Origin: ANME-2 cluster archaeon
GTDB taxonomy: Archaea; Halobacteriota; Methanosarcinia; Methanosarcinales; Methanocomedenaceae
Assembly: GCA_019429385.1 (NCBI GenBank)
Contig: JAHYIS010000008.1
Span: forward strand, 4,318 to 68,317
Direction: 5' to 3'
Length of the DNA stretch: 64,000 bases
Below, one piece after another: positions 31,474 through 41,576 of the stretch. The position numbers and the translations under genes were made by a program. Below the pieces are notes generated by a model. The model was not told the DNA's origin. It did no database searches and saw nothing but the letters and a program-made list of their open reading frames with translations. Within the stretch, counting starts at the first letter, position 1. Every line of letters starts with the position of its first letter.

Positions 31474-32036
31474 ATCAATCCCAGGCTATCCAGTTCCTCT
31501 ACGATTTTATCAACAGCAGCGTGTGCATCTTCTGGTTTTTTTCCGCCGGTTACCACAAGTTTGCCTGAACCGAACAGGAGCATGACCACCTTAGGGACTG
31601 CTAACCGGTAAACCAATCCTGGAAACTGTTCAGGTTCATATTCGATGTTCTCAAGTCCCAGTCCTATGGCAATAGCGTTGAGGTTAAGAACTGTACCCAG
31701 GTCAGCGGAGGCAACAATATTTTGCACCGTTATCTCTGGATTGTCCATTACCTCGACTCCCATATTTGTCAGTTCATTGAATACCTTTTTCAGGCCGTTA
31801 TGGACATCTTCAATACTCTTTGCACCGGTACATACGATCTTTCCGCTCCCGAATATCAGGGCCGCAGTCTTTGGGTCCTTGGTTCTGTAAACCACCCCGG
31901 GAAAACGTTCTTTATTATAATCTGCACCTTCAAGTTTCATGGTTATTTTGGGCAGGTCTAGTGTGGTACCAATAGCGGTGGAAGCTACAACATTTTCTAT
32001 CTTAATAGTCTCTTTTGGGTCATCAGTATTAGCCAT
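31470..32036 (-). CDS. tbp: TATA-box-binding protein
   Basis: Two direct repeats: [19 protein letters not shown]...RFPGVVYR...[16 protein letters not shown] and [19 protein letters not shown]...QFPGLVYR...[16 protein letters not shown]. The track start at 32054 is also possible. Confidence 0.96.
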   Translation of the reverse strand: MANTDDPKETIKIENVVASTAIGTTLDLPKITMKLEGADYNKERFPGVVYRTKDPKTAALIFGSGKIVCTGAKSIEDVHNGLKKVFNELTNMGVEVMDNPEITVQNIVASADLGTVLNLNAIAIGLGLENIEYEPEQFPGLVYRLAVPKVVMLLFGSGKLVVTGGKKPEDAHAAVDKIVEELDSLGLM

Positions 32037-32336
32037 GATAATCACTACCTTCATATAGGGAATTTAAACCTTTATATAGTTTAAGTAGTAATGTAAATTG
32101 CCCGAGGAGAAATTATCGTTATTAGAATCTGTTTTTGTAGCAAAAGGCGGAATGCATACCACCCTTGTAAAGCAGTATAAGCAAAGACTAAAAAAATATG
32201 ACCTTTACGATGAAATCCCAAAATAGTATACGCACAGGGCGTTCAGGTTCGCAGAGGGTTATTATTTTTCTCTGAGTCTCTTTGCGCACTCTGCAATTTT
32301 CCCTAAACGTCCGGAAAATCATAAAAGGTCTTTATT

Positions 32337-33911
32337 TTACCCTACCGTATCACCGAAATAGAATGCGGTTATTGTCAGGTCCTGGACATTTATTGTTCCA
32401 TCCTGGTTCACATCCCAGCGTGGATACGGTTTTTCTATTGATGCACCATATTTTTGGCCAATTATGGTTACATCCAGAATATTTACGATACGGTCCTCAT
32501 TCACATCCCAGCGGGGATGCACATCATTTATAGTAATGGTGTGCAGATGGGTAACCTGGTTAGTCCCATCACTAACCGTAATATCAATGATATGGATGCC
32601 TGAACTTGAGTAGCCGGTTTCCCAGGTATAGTTTGGATTTGTGCTGCAGGTGACCCCATCGATCTTTATGACATAGGTCAATACATGGCCATCCACATCG
32701 TTTGCGGTAACGTTTATATTGACCGTACTCAACTCATCAAAGACCGATGCATCTGCTGGTTCGAAGACAGTAATGACCGGGGGATGGTTCACTTCATATA
32801 CAGTGATAGTAACGGCTTGCGAGTCGCCAAAGACGCCATCACTTACTTCAAAGGTAACCACATAGGTGCCTGCCTGCCCATCACCAGGAGTCCAGGAGAA
32901 AGCTCCTGTGACAGCGTCAATGCTGGCACCATCTGGCAGATTAGTAGCAGAATATACCAGGCGGTCTCCATCCTCATCAGAAGCGCTGATAGTAAAAGTA
33001 AGCACAACCTCTTCATCAATTGATCTCGCACCGATGGAACCCATCACTGGCGCGTGATTAACTGCATTTACAGAAATCGTCACCACTTCAGAATCGCTAA
33101 GGAAGCCATCAGTAACAGTAAAGGTAACCACATAAGTACCTGCCTGACCATCTGCAGGAGTCCAGGAGAAAGCTCCGGAAGCAGTGTTGAAACTGGCGCC
33201 TGCGGGAATACTGGATGCAGCATATACAAGGCTATCGCCATCCACATCAGACGCGCTGATAGTAAATGCTATGGCATTTTCTTCGTCAATAGATTTTGCG
33301 CCTATTAAACCCAGCACCGGAGCAGTGTCAACAAGAACTGATGCATTCGTGATAGTATATGGTGCAGCAGTTGAATTAAAGTCGCTGATTATCACTTTGG
33401 TGAGGTTTAGGTTAAGATAGCCTGTAGTGCTGCCCGCGGTCATGGTGACCGATGCAAATACACCCGGTAACGACACATTCGTATTGCCAAGGATTGAACC
33501 ATAAACATTCGTTACTGTTCCTGTGGAATTGTTGATAGTGCCGCTGTTGAACAGGGTGTTTGCACCGTCCTGATCTAAGAAATTACCTTCTGTAACAGAG
33601 TTCACACGTGCCAGCGAACTATCATAGAGTAAATTTAATTGAGCACCGTTCATAGGGACTGCCGGGGTTATGGGTATTGTCAGTGTAAAAGTCTGACCAG
33701 GGATTATCTGGCTGGATGAAGGAACAACCGAAATAATACTATCTGATGTTCCGGAAGCTGTACCAGGGGTGCTTATTCCTATAAGGAATAAGCCAAATAC
33801 AATCATAAAGCCAATTATTCGTATTCTGTGCAAATTTCGTTTTGTTTGAACGCTAAGGTGGTTCATAAGCAATACAGTGTATGGCCACGCATATATGGGA
33901 TATGTAATCAA
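32337..33911 (-). CDS. Secreted protein with an N-terminal cohesin-like module, three Ig/cadherin-like repeats and a C-terminal dockerin
   Basis: Cohesin-like segment: VVPSSSQIIPGQTFTLTIPI...AQLNLLYDSSLARVNSVTEGNFL. Repeats carry ..FTISASD(V/E)DGD.LVY...GAFSWTP.DGQAGTYVVTF. Dockerin EF-hand pair: WDVNEDRIVNILDVTIIGQKYG and WDVNQDGTINVQDLTITAFYFG. Confidence 0.8.
   Translation of the reverse strand: MITYPIYAWPYTVLLMNHLSVQTKRNLHRIRIIGFMIVFGLFLIGISTPGTASGTSDSIISVVPSSSQIIPGQTFTLTIPITPAVPMNGAQLNLLYDSSLARVNSVTEGNFLDQDGANTLFNSGTINNSTGTVTNVYGSILGNTNVSLPGVFASVTMTAGSTTGYLNLNLTKVIISDFNSTAAPYTITNASVLVDTAPVLGLIGAKSIDEENAIAFTISASDVDGDSLVYAASSIPAGASFNTASGAFSWTPADGQAGTYVVTFTVTDGFLSDSEVVTISVNAVNHAPVMGSIGARSIDEEVVLTFTISASDEDGDRLVYSATNLPDGASIDAVTGAFSWTPGDGQAGTYVVTFEVSDGVFGDSQAVTITVYEVNHPPVITVFEPADASVFDELSTVNINVTANDVDGHVLTYVIKIDGVTCSTNPNYTWETGYSSSGIHIIDITVSDGTNQVTHLHTITINDVHPRWDVNEDRIVNILDVTIIGQKYGASIEKPYPRWDVNQDGTINVQDLTITAFYFGDTVG
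32784..33323 (-). repeat. Tandem 270-nt (90-aa) coding repeat, two full copies
   Basis: Residues 197-286 (APVLGLIGAKSIDEEN...VNAVNH) and 287-376 (APVMGSIGARSIDEEV...VYEVNH) align without gaps. A more diverged third copy follows. Confidence 0.85.
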
Positions 33912-34196
33912 TTCAGCATGATATGTTCACATAATCTCTGAAGTGTGATTATATCGAATATTCAATGATTACGTGAAATATTTATTCAAAAAAAGGAGCA
34001 TCCTTATTTAGTTAAATGTCACAGGATATCAAAAATCAACATGGCATATTTTTCGACACTGTTTAGATCCATCAATAATTATTACCTCTAAACATGACCA
34101 TAATTTTTACTTTCACGGCTAGAAGTAATATTGGGAACATTCGTACTCTTTGTGTTCATGGTATACGTGATTGATATTGTTAATAAGTTCAACCTC

Positions 34197-34727
34197 TCAT
34201 TCGTATATTAACATATTACTGGTTACTTCCACATGTTTGTTAGCAGCCAGGATCAACTCGTTTCCAGTATTCTCAATGAATGAGATTATCTCAACCTTAA
34301 CCCCTTTTGATTGAAGTGCATAAACCAGAGGTACAAAGTCACTATCACCTGTTAATATAACCATTATATCCACTTTGTCGGCAAGTGCAAGGGCATCAAT
34401 GGCAATTTGCATATCCCAATCTGCCTTGATGGAACCGTCAGGAAGTTTGCGCGGTTTTTTGGACTTTACTTCAAAACCCAGTTTTTCCATGGTATGAACA
34501 AACTTTGACTGGTCAATTCCTTCAGGCGAGACATTGTATAGTATAGCCCTGGTGATCAACCTGGAGTTCATTGAATCTATGAGCGCACTATAGTCCGGTT
34601 TCGCACCCCTGGTTTTTGCTGATAAGTATATGTTCTGGCCATCTATCAGTATGGCTGTTCTTTGTTGAAAATTGTTTTTTATGTCATTCATACTATTGCC
34701 AGTGCAATTTATGTTTCCATGACTCAT
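34197..34727 (-). CDS. NYN-domain (LabA/DUF88-like) putative RNase
   Basis: TAILIDGQNIYLSAK...DIMVILTGDSDFVPLVYALQSKGVKVEIISF is the characteristic NYN/LabA layout. Confidence 0.8.
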   Translation of the reverse strand: MSHGNINCTGNSMNDIKNNFQQRTAILIDGQNIYLSAKTRGAKPDYSALIDSMNSRLITRAILYNVSPEGIDQSKFVHTMEKLGFEVKSKKPRKLPDGSIKADWDMQIAIDALALADKVDIMVILTGDSDFVPLVYALQSKGVKVEIISFIENTGNELILAANKHVEVTSNMLIYE

Positions 34728-34939
34728 TTATACTTTTGGTAATACCATTTATGTTTTTTATGACTCGTTTATACTTTTGTGTCATGGTGCTATGATTTGG
34801 GAAATGTCCTGAAATACAGGTTTCATTTTCAGGTATTGAAACATAGGAACTATTTCAGCACTATCCTGTAACATCGAAACATGATAAACAGCAAACACTT
34901 ATTACCCTTAATTTTCAATGTTACTATCGGGGAATCATT

Positions 34940-36409
34940 GTGCAGGAGTATAAATTACTGATAAATGGAGAATGGGTTGGCTCATCAACAAATGATACTT
35001 TCGATGACATCAATCCCGCAACGCTGGACAAACTTGCATCATTTCAGGTTGCATCCAGCGACGACGTATCACGTGCTGTCACATCAGCACAGGAAGCTTT
35101 TACGACCTGGAGCGAGACACCGCCCCCTAAACGGGCATATATACTCTTCAAAGCAGCCCGCATCCTGGAAGAGCGAAAAGAGGAACTGGCAAGACTCCTC
35201 ACCCGGGAAATGGGGAAGGTCATATCAGAAGCAAAGGGCGATATCCAGGAAGCTATAGACATCACCCTGTATGCTGCCGGTGAAGGCCGCCGCATGTTCG
35301 GTGAGACCACCACTTCTGAATTGAAGAACAAGTTCTGCATGACCATACTGCGCCCCATCGGCGTCATCGGGATGATAACACCCTGGAATTTCCCCATGGC
35401 CATCCCGGCCTGGAAAGTGATGCCCGCACTGGTGGCCGGAAATACTATCGTCATGAAACCGGCAAGTGACACCCCGCTATTGACCATCCGAATGGTGGAA
35501 GTGCTCATGGAAGCAGGACTTCCACCCGGGGTCATCAACCTGGTGTTCGGGCCCGGAAGTACCGTGGGAAGTGCCATCGTCCATCATCCTGATATCAGGG
35601 CCATATCCTTTACCGGCAGCCTGGAAACCGGGAAATGGATCGTGAGCGAGTGCGGCAAGGAGATGAAACGGGTATCTGTGGAACTGGGCGGTAAGAACCC
35701 CATCATAGTCATGGACGACGCAGACCTGGACCTTGCAGTGGATGGCGTTATCTGGGGTGCGTTCGGTACCACAGGCCAGCGCTGTACCGCAGCCAGTCGG
35801 GTCATCGTACATGAGAAGGTTAAGGCTGCATTCACAGACAAACTGCTGGCCCGGACCAGGGCACTTAAACTGGGCGACGGTCTGCTTCCTGAAACCGACA
35901 TCGGCCCGGTCATCAACCAGTCACAACTGGATAAGATAGAGCACTATGCACGCATAGGTCAGGATGAGGGGGCCGTATTGCTAATGGGCGGCAAAGTGGC
36001 CGAACCCGGGTTACCTGGCTACTTCTTCGAGCCTACCATCTTCACGGATGTGGGCCAGGATATGCGCATTGCCAGGGAGGAGATATTCGGCCCCGTAGTG
36101 GCCCTGATATCCGTATCCGGACTCGATGAGGCCATTGAAGCTGCCAACAATACCGCGTACGGCCTGTCATCATCAATATATACCAGAGATATGACCAGCG
36201 CATTCCGTGCCATTGAAAAGATAGACGCAGGAATTACCTACATCAATGCATCCACTATCGGTGCCGAAGTACACCTGCCTTTTGGTGGTGTGAAGGGAAC
36301 CGGTAACGGTTTCAGGGAGGCGGGAACAGATGCGATTAAAGAATTTACCGAGGTCAAGGCCGTGTATTTCGATTACAGTGGAAAGCTGCAAAAGGCACAG
36401 ATAGATTAG
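34940..36409 (+). CDS. NAD(P)-dependent aldehyde dehydrogenase
   Basis: 489 aa, GTG start. ITPWNFP, FTGSLETGKWI, VELGGKNP and GQRCTAASR (catalytic Cys). Confidence 0.9.
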   Translation: MQEYKLLINGEWVGSSTNDTFDDINPATLDKLASFQVASSDDVSRAVTSAQEAFTTWSETPPPKRAYILFKAARILEERKEELARLLTREMGKVISEAKGDIQEAIDITLYAAGEGRRMFGETTTSELKNKFCMTILRPIGVIGMITPWNFPMAIPAWKVMPALVAGNTIVMKPASDTPLLTIRMVEVLMEAGLPPGVINLVFGPGSTVGSAIVHHPDIRAISFTGSLETGKWIVSECGKEMKRVSVELGGKNPIIVMDDADLDLAVDGVIWGAFGTTGQRCTAASRVIVHEKVKAAFTDKLLARTRALKLGDGLLPETDIGPVINQSQLDKIEHYARIGQDEGAVLLMGGKVAEPGLPGYFFEPTIFTDVGQDMRIAREEIFGPVVALISVSGLDEAIEAANNTAYGLSSSIYTRDMTSAFRAIEKIDAGITYINASTIGAEVHLPFGGVKGTGNGFREAGTDAIKEFTEVKAVYFDYSGKLQKAQID

Positions 36410-36422
36410 AACGAGGCAATAC

Positions 36423-37712
36423 ATGATAGAACCACCCGGACCCATAGCAAAGAACATCATTGAACGTGACTGTGATGTCATGTCCTCATGCCTGGCACGT
36501 CCGTATCCGCTGGTGATAGACCGGGCAAAAGGAGTCACCATCACCGATGTGGAAGGAAAGGAGTACATTGATTTCGTGGCAAGCATTGCAGTGATGAATG
36601 CGGGCTATTCCAATCCTGCAGTATCAGAGGCCATAACTTCGCAACTGGCAAAAATATCACACTGCGGGTTCCCTGACTTCTTTGCCGAGCCGCCTGTGAA
36701 ACTGGCTGAAAAACTCAAACAATTGACGCACTATGACCGTGTGTTCTTCTGCAACAGCGGGACCGAGTCTATTGAGGCTGCTATTAAACTGGCCATGTGG
36801 AAGACCCACAGGCAGGCTCTGGTAGGATTCTATGGGGGTTTTCATGGCAGGACACTGGGTTCGTTATCCCTCACCTGCTCTAAGGTCAGGCAGAAGGCAT
36901 ATTTCCCTGCGATACGGACAGTACATTCCCATTATGCATACTGCTATCGCTGCCAGTTCAATAATGAGTACCCTGGCTGCGGTATCCAGTGTGCCGCATA
37001 TATCGAGGATGTTATTTTCAATCGGGAATTGAGCCCCAATGACACTGCAGCTATTGTTGTGGAACCCATACAGGGCGAGGGGGGTTTTATCGTACCGCCG
37101 TCCGAGTTCCTCAAAGAGATCAGGCGCATATGTGACGACCATAATGTGCTGATGGTGGCCGATGAAGTACAGGCGGGCTGCTACCGTACCGGGACGTTCA
37201 TGGCCCTGGAGAACTTCGGGGTAAGGGCTGATATCGTGTGCATGGCAAAGGCGCTTGGCGGCGGTCTTCCCATGGGGGCCATGTTGTCAGGCAGCCACAT
37301 CATGGACTGGCCGCCAGGTACCCATTCAAACACCTTCGGCGGCAACCTGCTGGCATCGGCAGCGTCACTGGCGACACTGGAATATATGGAAAAAGAAGGA
37401 CTGGGCAACCATGCAAAGGAACTGGGCAGGCATATCATGCAACGGCTTGGGGAGATGCAGACCGAATATCCCGGCATAGGGGATGTGCGAGGTCTGGGGC
37501 TGATGATAGGTGTCGAGATGATAAAGCCAGATGGGTCCATTGACCCTGGTACCAGGGACCGTATCATTCTTGAAGGATACAAAGAAGGCATCATCCTGCT
37601 TTCATGCGGTGATTCTGTCATCCGTTTCTCACCGCCGCTGGTCATGACCAGGGAGGAAGCTGACGTGGGTCTGGACAGGTTCGAAACAGCACTGAAGAGG
37701 GCTGTATCATAG
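36423..37712 (+). CDS. Class III (omega) aminotransferase, 4-aminobutyrate/acetylornithine aminotransferase-like
   Basis: DVEGKEYIDFVASIAVMNAGYSNP, NSGTESIEAAIKLA, ADEVQAGCYRTG and MAKALGGGLPMGA (PLP Lys). Confidence 0.88.
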   Translation: MIEPPGPIAKNIIERDCDVMSSCLARPYPLVIDRAKGVTITDVEGKEYIDFVASIAVMNAGYSNPAVSEAITSQLAKISHCGFPDFFAEPPVKLAEKLKQLTHYDRVFFCNSGTESIEAAIKLAMWKTHRQALVGFYGGFHGRTLGSLSLTCSKVRQKAYFPAIRTVHSHYAYCYRCQFNNEYPGCGIQCAAYIEDVIFNRELSPNDTAAIVVEPIQGEGGFIVPPSEFLKEIRRICDDHNVLMVADEVQAGCYRTGTFMALENFGVRADIVCMAKALGGGLPMGAMLSGSHIMDWPPGTHSNTFGGNLLASAASLATLEYMEKEGLGNHAKELGRHIMQRLGEMQTEYPGIGDVRGLGLMIGVEMIKPDGSIDPGTRDRIILEGYKEGIILLSCGDSVIRFSPPLVMTREEADVGLDRFETALKRAVS

Positions 37713-37720
37713 GTGTTCAT

Positions 37721-39109
37721 ATGGTACGGATAGAGAGAGATACTATGGGCCAGGTGGAAATACCTGATGAGGCGTATTACGGACCACAGACCGTGCGGGC
37801 CGCCCGGAATTTCAGGGTAAGCGGCCTGAAACTGCCGCCCGTTTTTATCAGAGCCCAGGCAGCGATAAAGCAGGCATCTGCAAAAGCCAATATGGATGCC
37901 AGTAAACTGGACCCTGCTATCGGTGAGGTCATCATCCAGGCTGCATCGGAAGTCAGGGAAGGCAGGTTCGATGACCAGTTCGTGGTGGATGCGTTCCAGT
38001 CCGGGGCCGGGACCTCACAGAACATGAACGCCAACGAGGTTATCGCAAACCGTGCATTGGAGATAATGGGCGAACCCAGGGGCCGATATGATAGTATCCA
38101 TCCCAATGACCACGTAAATATGTCCCAGTCATCCAACGATACTGTCCATACTGCGATTCACATCGCATCAATGGAGGCGCTCAGCAACAGGTTGCTGCCG
38201 GTACTTTCCTTATTGCATGAGGGACTTACAGCCAGGTCGGTCGAGTTTCGGGATGTCGTCAAACCGGGCCGGACACACCTGCAGGATGCAGTCCCGGTAA
38301 CTCTTGGTCAGGAATTTGGCGGGTATGCCCGGATGGTGGAACTGGGGATGAAGTGCATATTCACCTCAATGGATGGCCTGACAGAATTGAATATGGGTGG
38401 CACTGCTGTTGGGACTGGATTGAACGCACCTGAAGGTTTTGGGGATAGAGCAGTAGCTGAGGTGAACCGGATTACTGGCTTTACATTCAGGCTGGTACAC
38501 AATCCATTTGAAGCAACCCAGGGTGCCAGTGCTATACTCGCTACATCGTCGGCACTTCGCAACATTGCAGTTAGCCTTATCAAGATAGCCAATGACCTGC
38601 GATTGCTGTGCAGCGGACCCAGGACCGGTATTGGTGAAATTAATCTTCCTGCTGTCCAGCCAGGGTCGTCCATTATGCCAGGCAAGGTCAATCCGGTTAT
38701 GGCAGAAATGGTGAACATGGTATGTTTCCAAGTGGTAGGAAATGACACTGCCATTATGATGGCAGCACAGGCGGGCCAGCTTGAACTGAATGTTTTCACT
38801 CCTTTAATGGCACACAATCTCCTGGGTTCAATTGAGATACTGTCCGGGGCTGTTGAATCATTTAACAGGCAGTGCCTGTCGGGTATCACAGCCAATGTTG
38901 AGCATTGTGAATCACTTGCCAGCAAAAGCCTTGCACTGATCACATCACTTGCCCCGAAATTGGGATACGAAAAAGCGGCAGATGTCGCTTACCAGGCTTA
39001 CCGGGATAATAGAACGATACGGGAAGTCGTGCTTGATTCGGGATTATTGATAGAAGAAGAAGCTGATACAATGTTGGACCCACTCAGGATGGCGGCGGTA
39101 AAGAAATGA
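37721..39109 (+). CDS. Class II fumarase/aspartase-family lyase; motifs lean towards aspartate ammonia-lyase
   Basis: RIERDTMGQVEIPDEAYYGPQTVRAARNF, QSSNDT and the SS-loop GSSIMPGKVNPVMAEMVN. As I recall, the NPV...E form and YYG.QT.RA are more AspA-like than FumC-like. Confidence 0.8.
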   Translation: MVRIERDTMGQVEIPDEAYYGPQTVRAARNFRVSGLKLPPVFIRAQAAIKQASAKANMDASKLDPAIGEVIIQAASEVREGRFDDQFVVDAFQSGAGTSQNMNANEVIANRALEIMGEPRGRYDSIHPNDHVNMSQSSNDTVHTAIHIASMEALSNRLLPVLSLLHEGLTARSVEFRDVVKPGRTHLQDAVPVTLGQEFGGYARMVELGMKCIFTSMDGLTELNMGGTAVGTGLNAPEGFGDRAVAEVNRITGFTFRLVHNPFEATQGASAILATSSALRNIAVSLIKIANDLRLLCSGPRTGIGEINLPAVQPGSSIMPGKVNPVMAEMVNMVCFQVVGNDTAIMMAAQAGQLELNVFTPLMAHNLLGSIEILSGAVESFNRQCLSGITANVEHCESLASKSLALITSLAPKLGYEKAADVAYQAYRDNRTIREVVLDSGLLIEEEADTMLDPLRMAAVKK

Positions 39110-40782
39110 TAAAACATGATATACTTGTGATTGGTGGCGGTCTTGCAGGTCTCCGGGCTGCTCTTGAAGCTCATCTACGGGGTGCGGATGTTGCTGTGAT
39201 ATCCAAGGTACATCCCATACGCAGTCATTCGGTGGCCGCCCAGGGTGGTATCAATGCCGCGCTTGGCCAGGATGACAGCTGGGAAGCACATACTCTGGAT
39301 ACGGTCAAGGGGAGTGATTACCTGGCCGACCAGGATGCTGTTGAGGTCATGTGCAGGGATGCACCCGGCCGGGTTCTTGAGATGGAACACTGGGGCACCC
39401 TGTTCTCCCGCACCCCTGATGGTCATATCGCACAGCGTCCTTTTGGCGGCGCAGGATTTCCCCGGACATGCTATGCAGGGGACAGGACCGGGCACAACCT
39501 GCTGCATACCCTGTATGAACAGGTGTTGAGGGCAGGTATCAGGATATACCGGGAATGGCTGGTCACCAGACTGGTGGTCGATGAGGGAAGGTGTACCGGA
39601 TTTATCGCTATGCACACCCCTGATTCAAAACTGGAGGCGTTTGGAGCAAAGGCCACGGTCCTTGCCACTGGCGGATACGGCAGGATATACCAGCGTTCCA
39701 CCAATGCCATCATCAACCGGGGGTATGGCATAAGCCTGGCCTACCATGCCGGTGTCCCGCTCCAGGATATGGAATTCGTACAGTTTCATCCAACCACGCT
39801 TATGGGGAGTAATATACTCATGACTGAAGGTGCCCGAGGTGAAGGTGGATATCTCTATAATAGACTGCACGAGCGGTTCATGAGCACTTATGCCCATGAT
39901 ATGATGGAACTCGCACCGCGCGACATTGTGGCCAGGTCCATCCAGATTGAGATCGATGAGGGCAGGGGATTTGAGGGTGGGTACGTCCATCTGGATATTA
40001 CCCATCTGGGCGAGAAGAAGATCGAAGAAAGATTGGGCGGCATCAGGCAGATTTCCATTGATTTTGCGGGTATCGACCCTGTTAAGGAGCCCATCCCGGT
40101 CCAGCCCGGGCAGCATTATTCCATGGGTGGCGTTCCGTGCGATGTTAACGGTGCAACGCCTCTGGAAGGTTTGTATGCTGCCGGAGAATGTGCTTGTGTC
40201 AGTGTTCATGGAGCCAACCGGCTGGGCGGCAATTCCTTGCTTGACACCATAGTGTTCGGAAAAAGGGCCGGCGAACATGCTGCAGGTTTTGTGAAAGGGA
40301 TCACTATGTCGGCAGTTGATGCATACCTTGAGTCCCTGGTCCGTGAAAAACAGGCCATTTCTGACCTGATGGGGGAAGGAGGAGGGAATTTTGCTGTTGT
40401 CAGGGATGAGCTGAGATCTGTGATGCAGCAGGATGTTGGGGTGTTCAGGCACAGGGACGGATTGCAGAGGGCTGTTGATATGATTAAAGAACTCAGGGAA
40501 AGAGGGCGAAATGTGCGCGTGAAAAGCAATGCAACATCTTTCAATTTTGAATTGCTCAATGCTATTGAATTAAAAGGAATGCTTGAGCTTGGGCAGGTTA
40601 TTGCAGAAGGGGCGTTGGCCAGGGAAGAGAGCAGGGGCGCCCACTACAGGACGGATTTCCTGGAGCGTGATGATGAACACTGGCTCAAGCATACGCTTGC
40701 ATACCAGACCCCCGAGGGTCCCAGGCTTGAGTATAAAGATGTGACCATAACCCAGTTCCAGCCTAAGAGGAGGGAATACTGA
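39106..40782 (+). CDS. sdhA: Succinate dehydrogenase / fumarate reductase flavoprotein subunit
   Basis: DILVIGGGLAGLRAAL, RSHSVAAQGGINA (FAD His), the HPT motif and RLGGNSLLD. There is a 4-nt ATGA overlap with the upstream gene. Confidence 0.92.
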   Translation: MIKHDILVIGGGLAGLRAALEAHLRGADVAVISKVHPIRSHSVAAQGGINAALGQDDSWEAHTLDTVKGSDYLADQDAVEVMCRDAPGRVLEMEHWGTLFSRTPDGHIAQRPFGGAGFPRTCYAGDRTGHNLLHTLYEQVLRAGIRIYREWLVTRLVVDEGRCTGFIAMHTPDSKLEAFGAKATVLATGGYGRIYQRSTNAIINRGYGISLAYHAGVPLQDMEFVQFHPTTLMGSNILMTEGARGEGGYLYNRLHERFMSTYAHDMMELAPRDIVARSIQIEIDEGRGFEGGYVHLDITHLGEKKIEERLGGIRQISIDFAGIDPVKEPIPVQPGQHYSMGGVPCDVNGATPLEGLYAAGECACVSVHGANRLGGNSLLDTIVFGKRAGEHAAGFVKGITMSAVDAYLESLVREKQAISDLMGEGGGNFAVVRDELRSVMQQDVGVFRHRDGLQRAVDMIKELRERGRNVRVKSNATSFNFELLNAIELKGMLELGQVIAEGALAREESRGAHYRTDFLERDDEHWLKHTLAYQTPEGPRLEYKDVTITQFQPKRREY

Positions 40783-41576
40783 TGGTCAGGCTGAAGGTCA
40801 GGCGGCAGGACGGTGATAGGGTCTGGCATGAAACATTCGATGTAGAAGAGACTCCGGGTATGAGTGTACTGGAGGCCCTGTTCTCTGTGCAGGAGCGGCT
40901 GGACGGGGGATTGTGTTTCCGGTATTCCTGTCGCGGAGCCGTGTGCGGAAGCTGTGCTATGCTTATTAACAAGGTACCCAGGCTGGCCTGTCGTACCCAG
41001 GTCAGTGATGCGCGGAGCGAGATGACGGTGGATGCAGTGAAATGGGGGGCTCTGGCCAGACCGGTTGTAAGAGTGGCAAAGGCTGAGATACTTATCGAGC
41101 CCCTGCCTAACATGAAAGTCATCCGGGACCTGGTGGTGGATATGGATCATTTCTATGAACTGCTGGACTCTATCAAACCATGGATATCGGCTGGTGAGGA
41201 TGTACCAGAGGGAGGCAACCTGATGAGCCCGGCAGTGGAGCAGAAGATAGAGGTCTATACCAATTGTATCCTGTGTGCCATCTGCCACGGGGCATGTCCG
41301 GCAGCTGGAAGGGATGAGACGTACCTGGGACCTGCTGCCCTTGCAAAGGCATGGCGGTTCTACCTGGATCCGAGGGAGCCGGAAAAGGATAAACGTGCCA
41401 GGCTTGAAGCTGTGGATAACCAGTCTGGTGTGTGGGGCTGTGATGGGGTGTTCAAGTGCACTGCTGTGTGCCCCAAAAAGGTTACGCCTACACAGGGTAT
41501 ATTAGCACAGCGCAGACAGATTCCTAAGAATAAGATAAAAAATGTATTCAACAGAGGGAAGAAGAGTGAAGATTAA
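40782..41576 (+). CDS. sdhB: Succinate dehydrogenase / fumarate reductase iron-sulfur subunit
   Basis: 2Fe-2S cysteines (FRYSCRGAVCGSCAM...C) and ferredoxin-type clusters (CILCAICHGACP, CDGVFKCTAVCP). TGATG overlap with sdhA. Confidence 0.9.
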   Translation: MVRLKVRRQDGDRVWHETFDVEETPGMSVLEALFSVQERLDGGLCFRYSCRGAVCGSCAMLINKVPRLACRTQVSDARSEMTVDAVKWGALARPVVRVAKAEILIEPLPNMKVIRDLVVDMDHFYELLDSIKPWISAGEDVPEGGNLMSPAVEQKIEVYTNCILCAICHGACPAAGRDETYLGPAALAKAWRFYLDPREPEKDKRARLEAVDNQSGVWGCDGVFKCTAVCPKKVTPTQGILAQRRQIPKNKIKNVFNRGKKSED

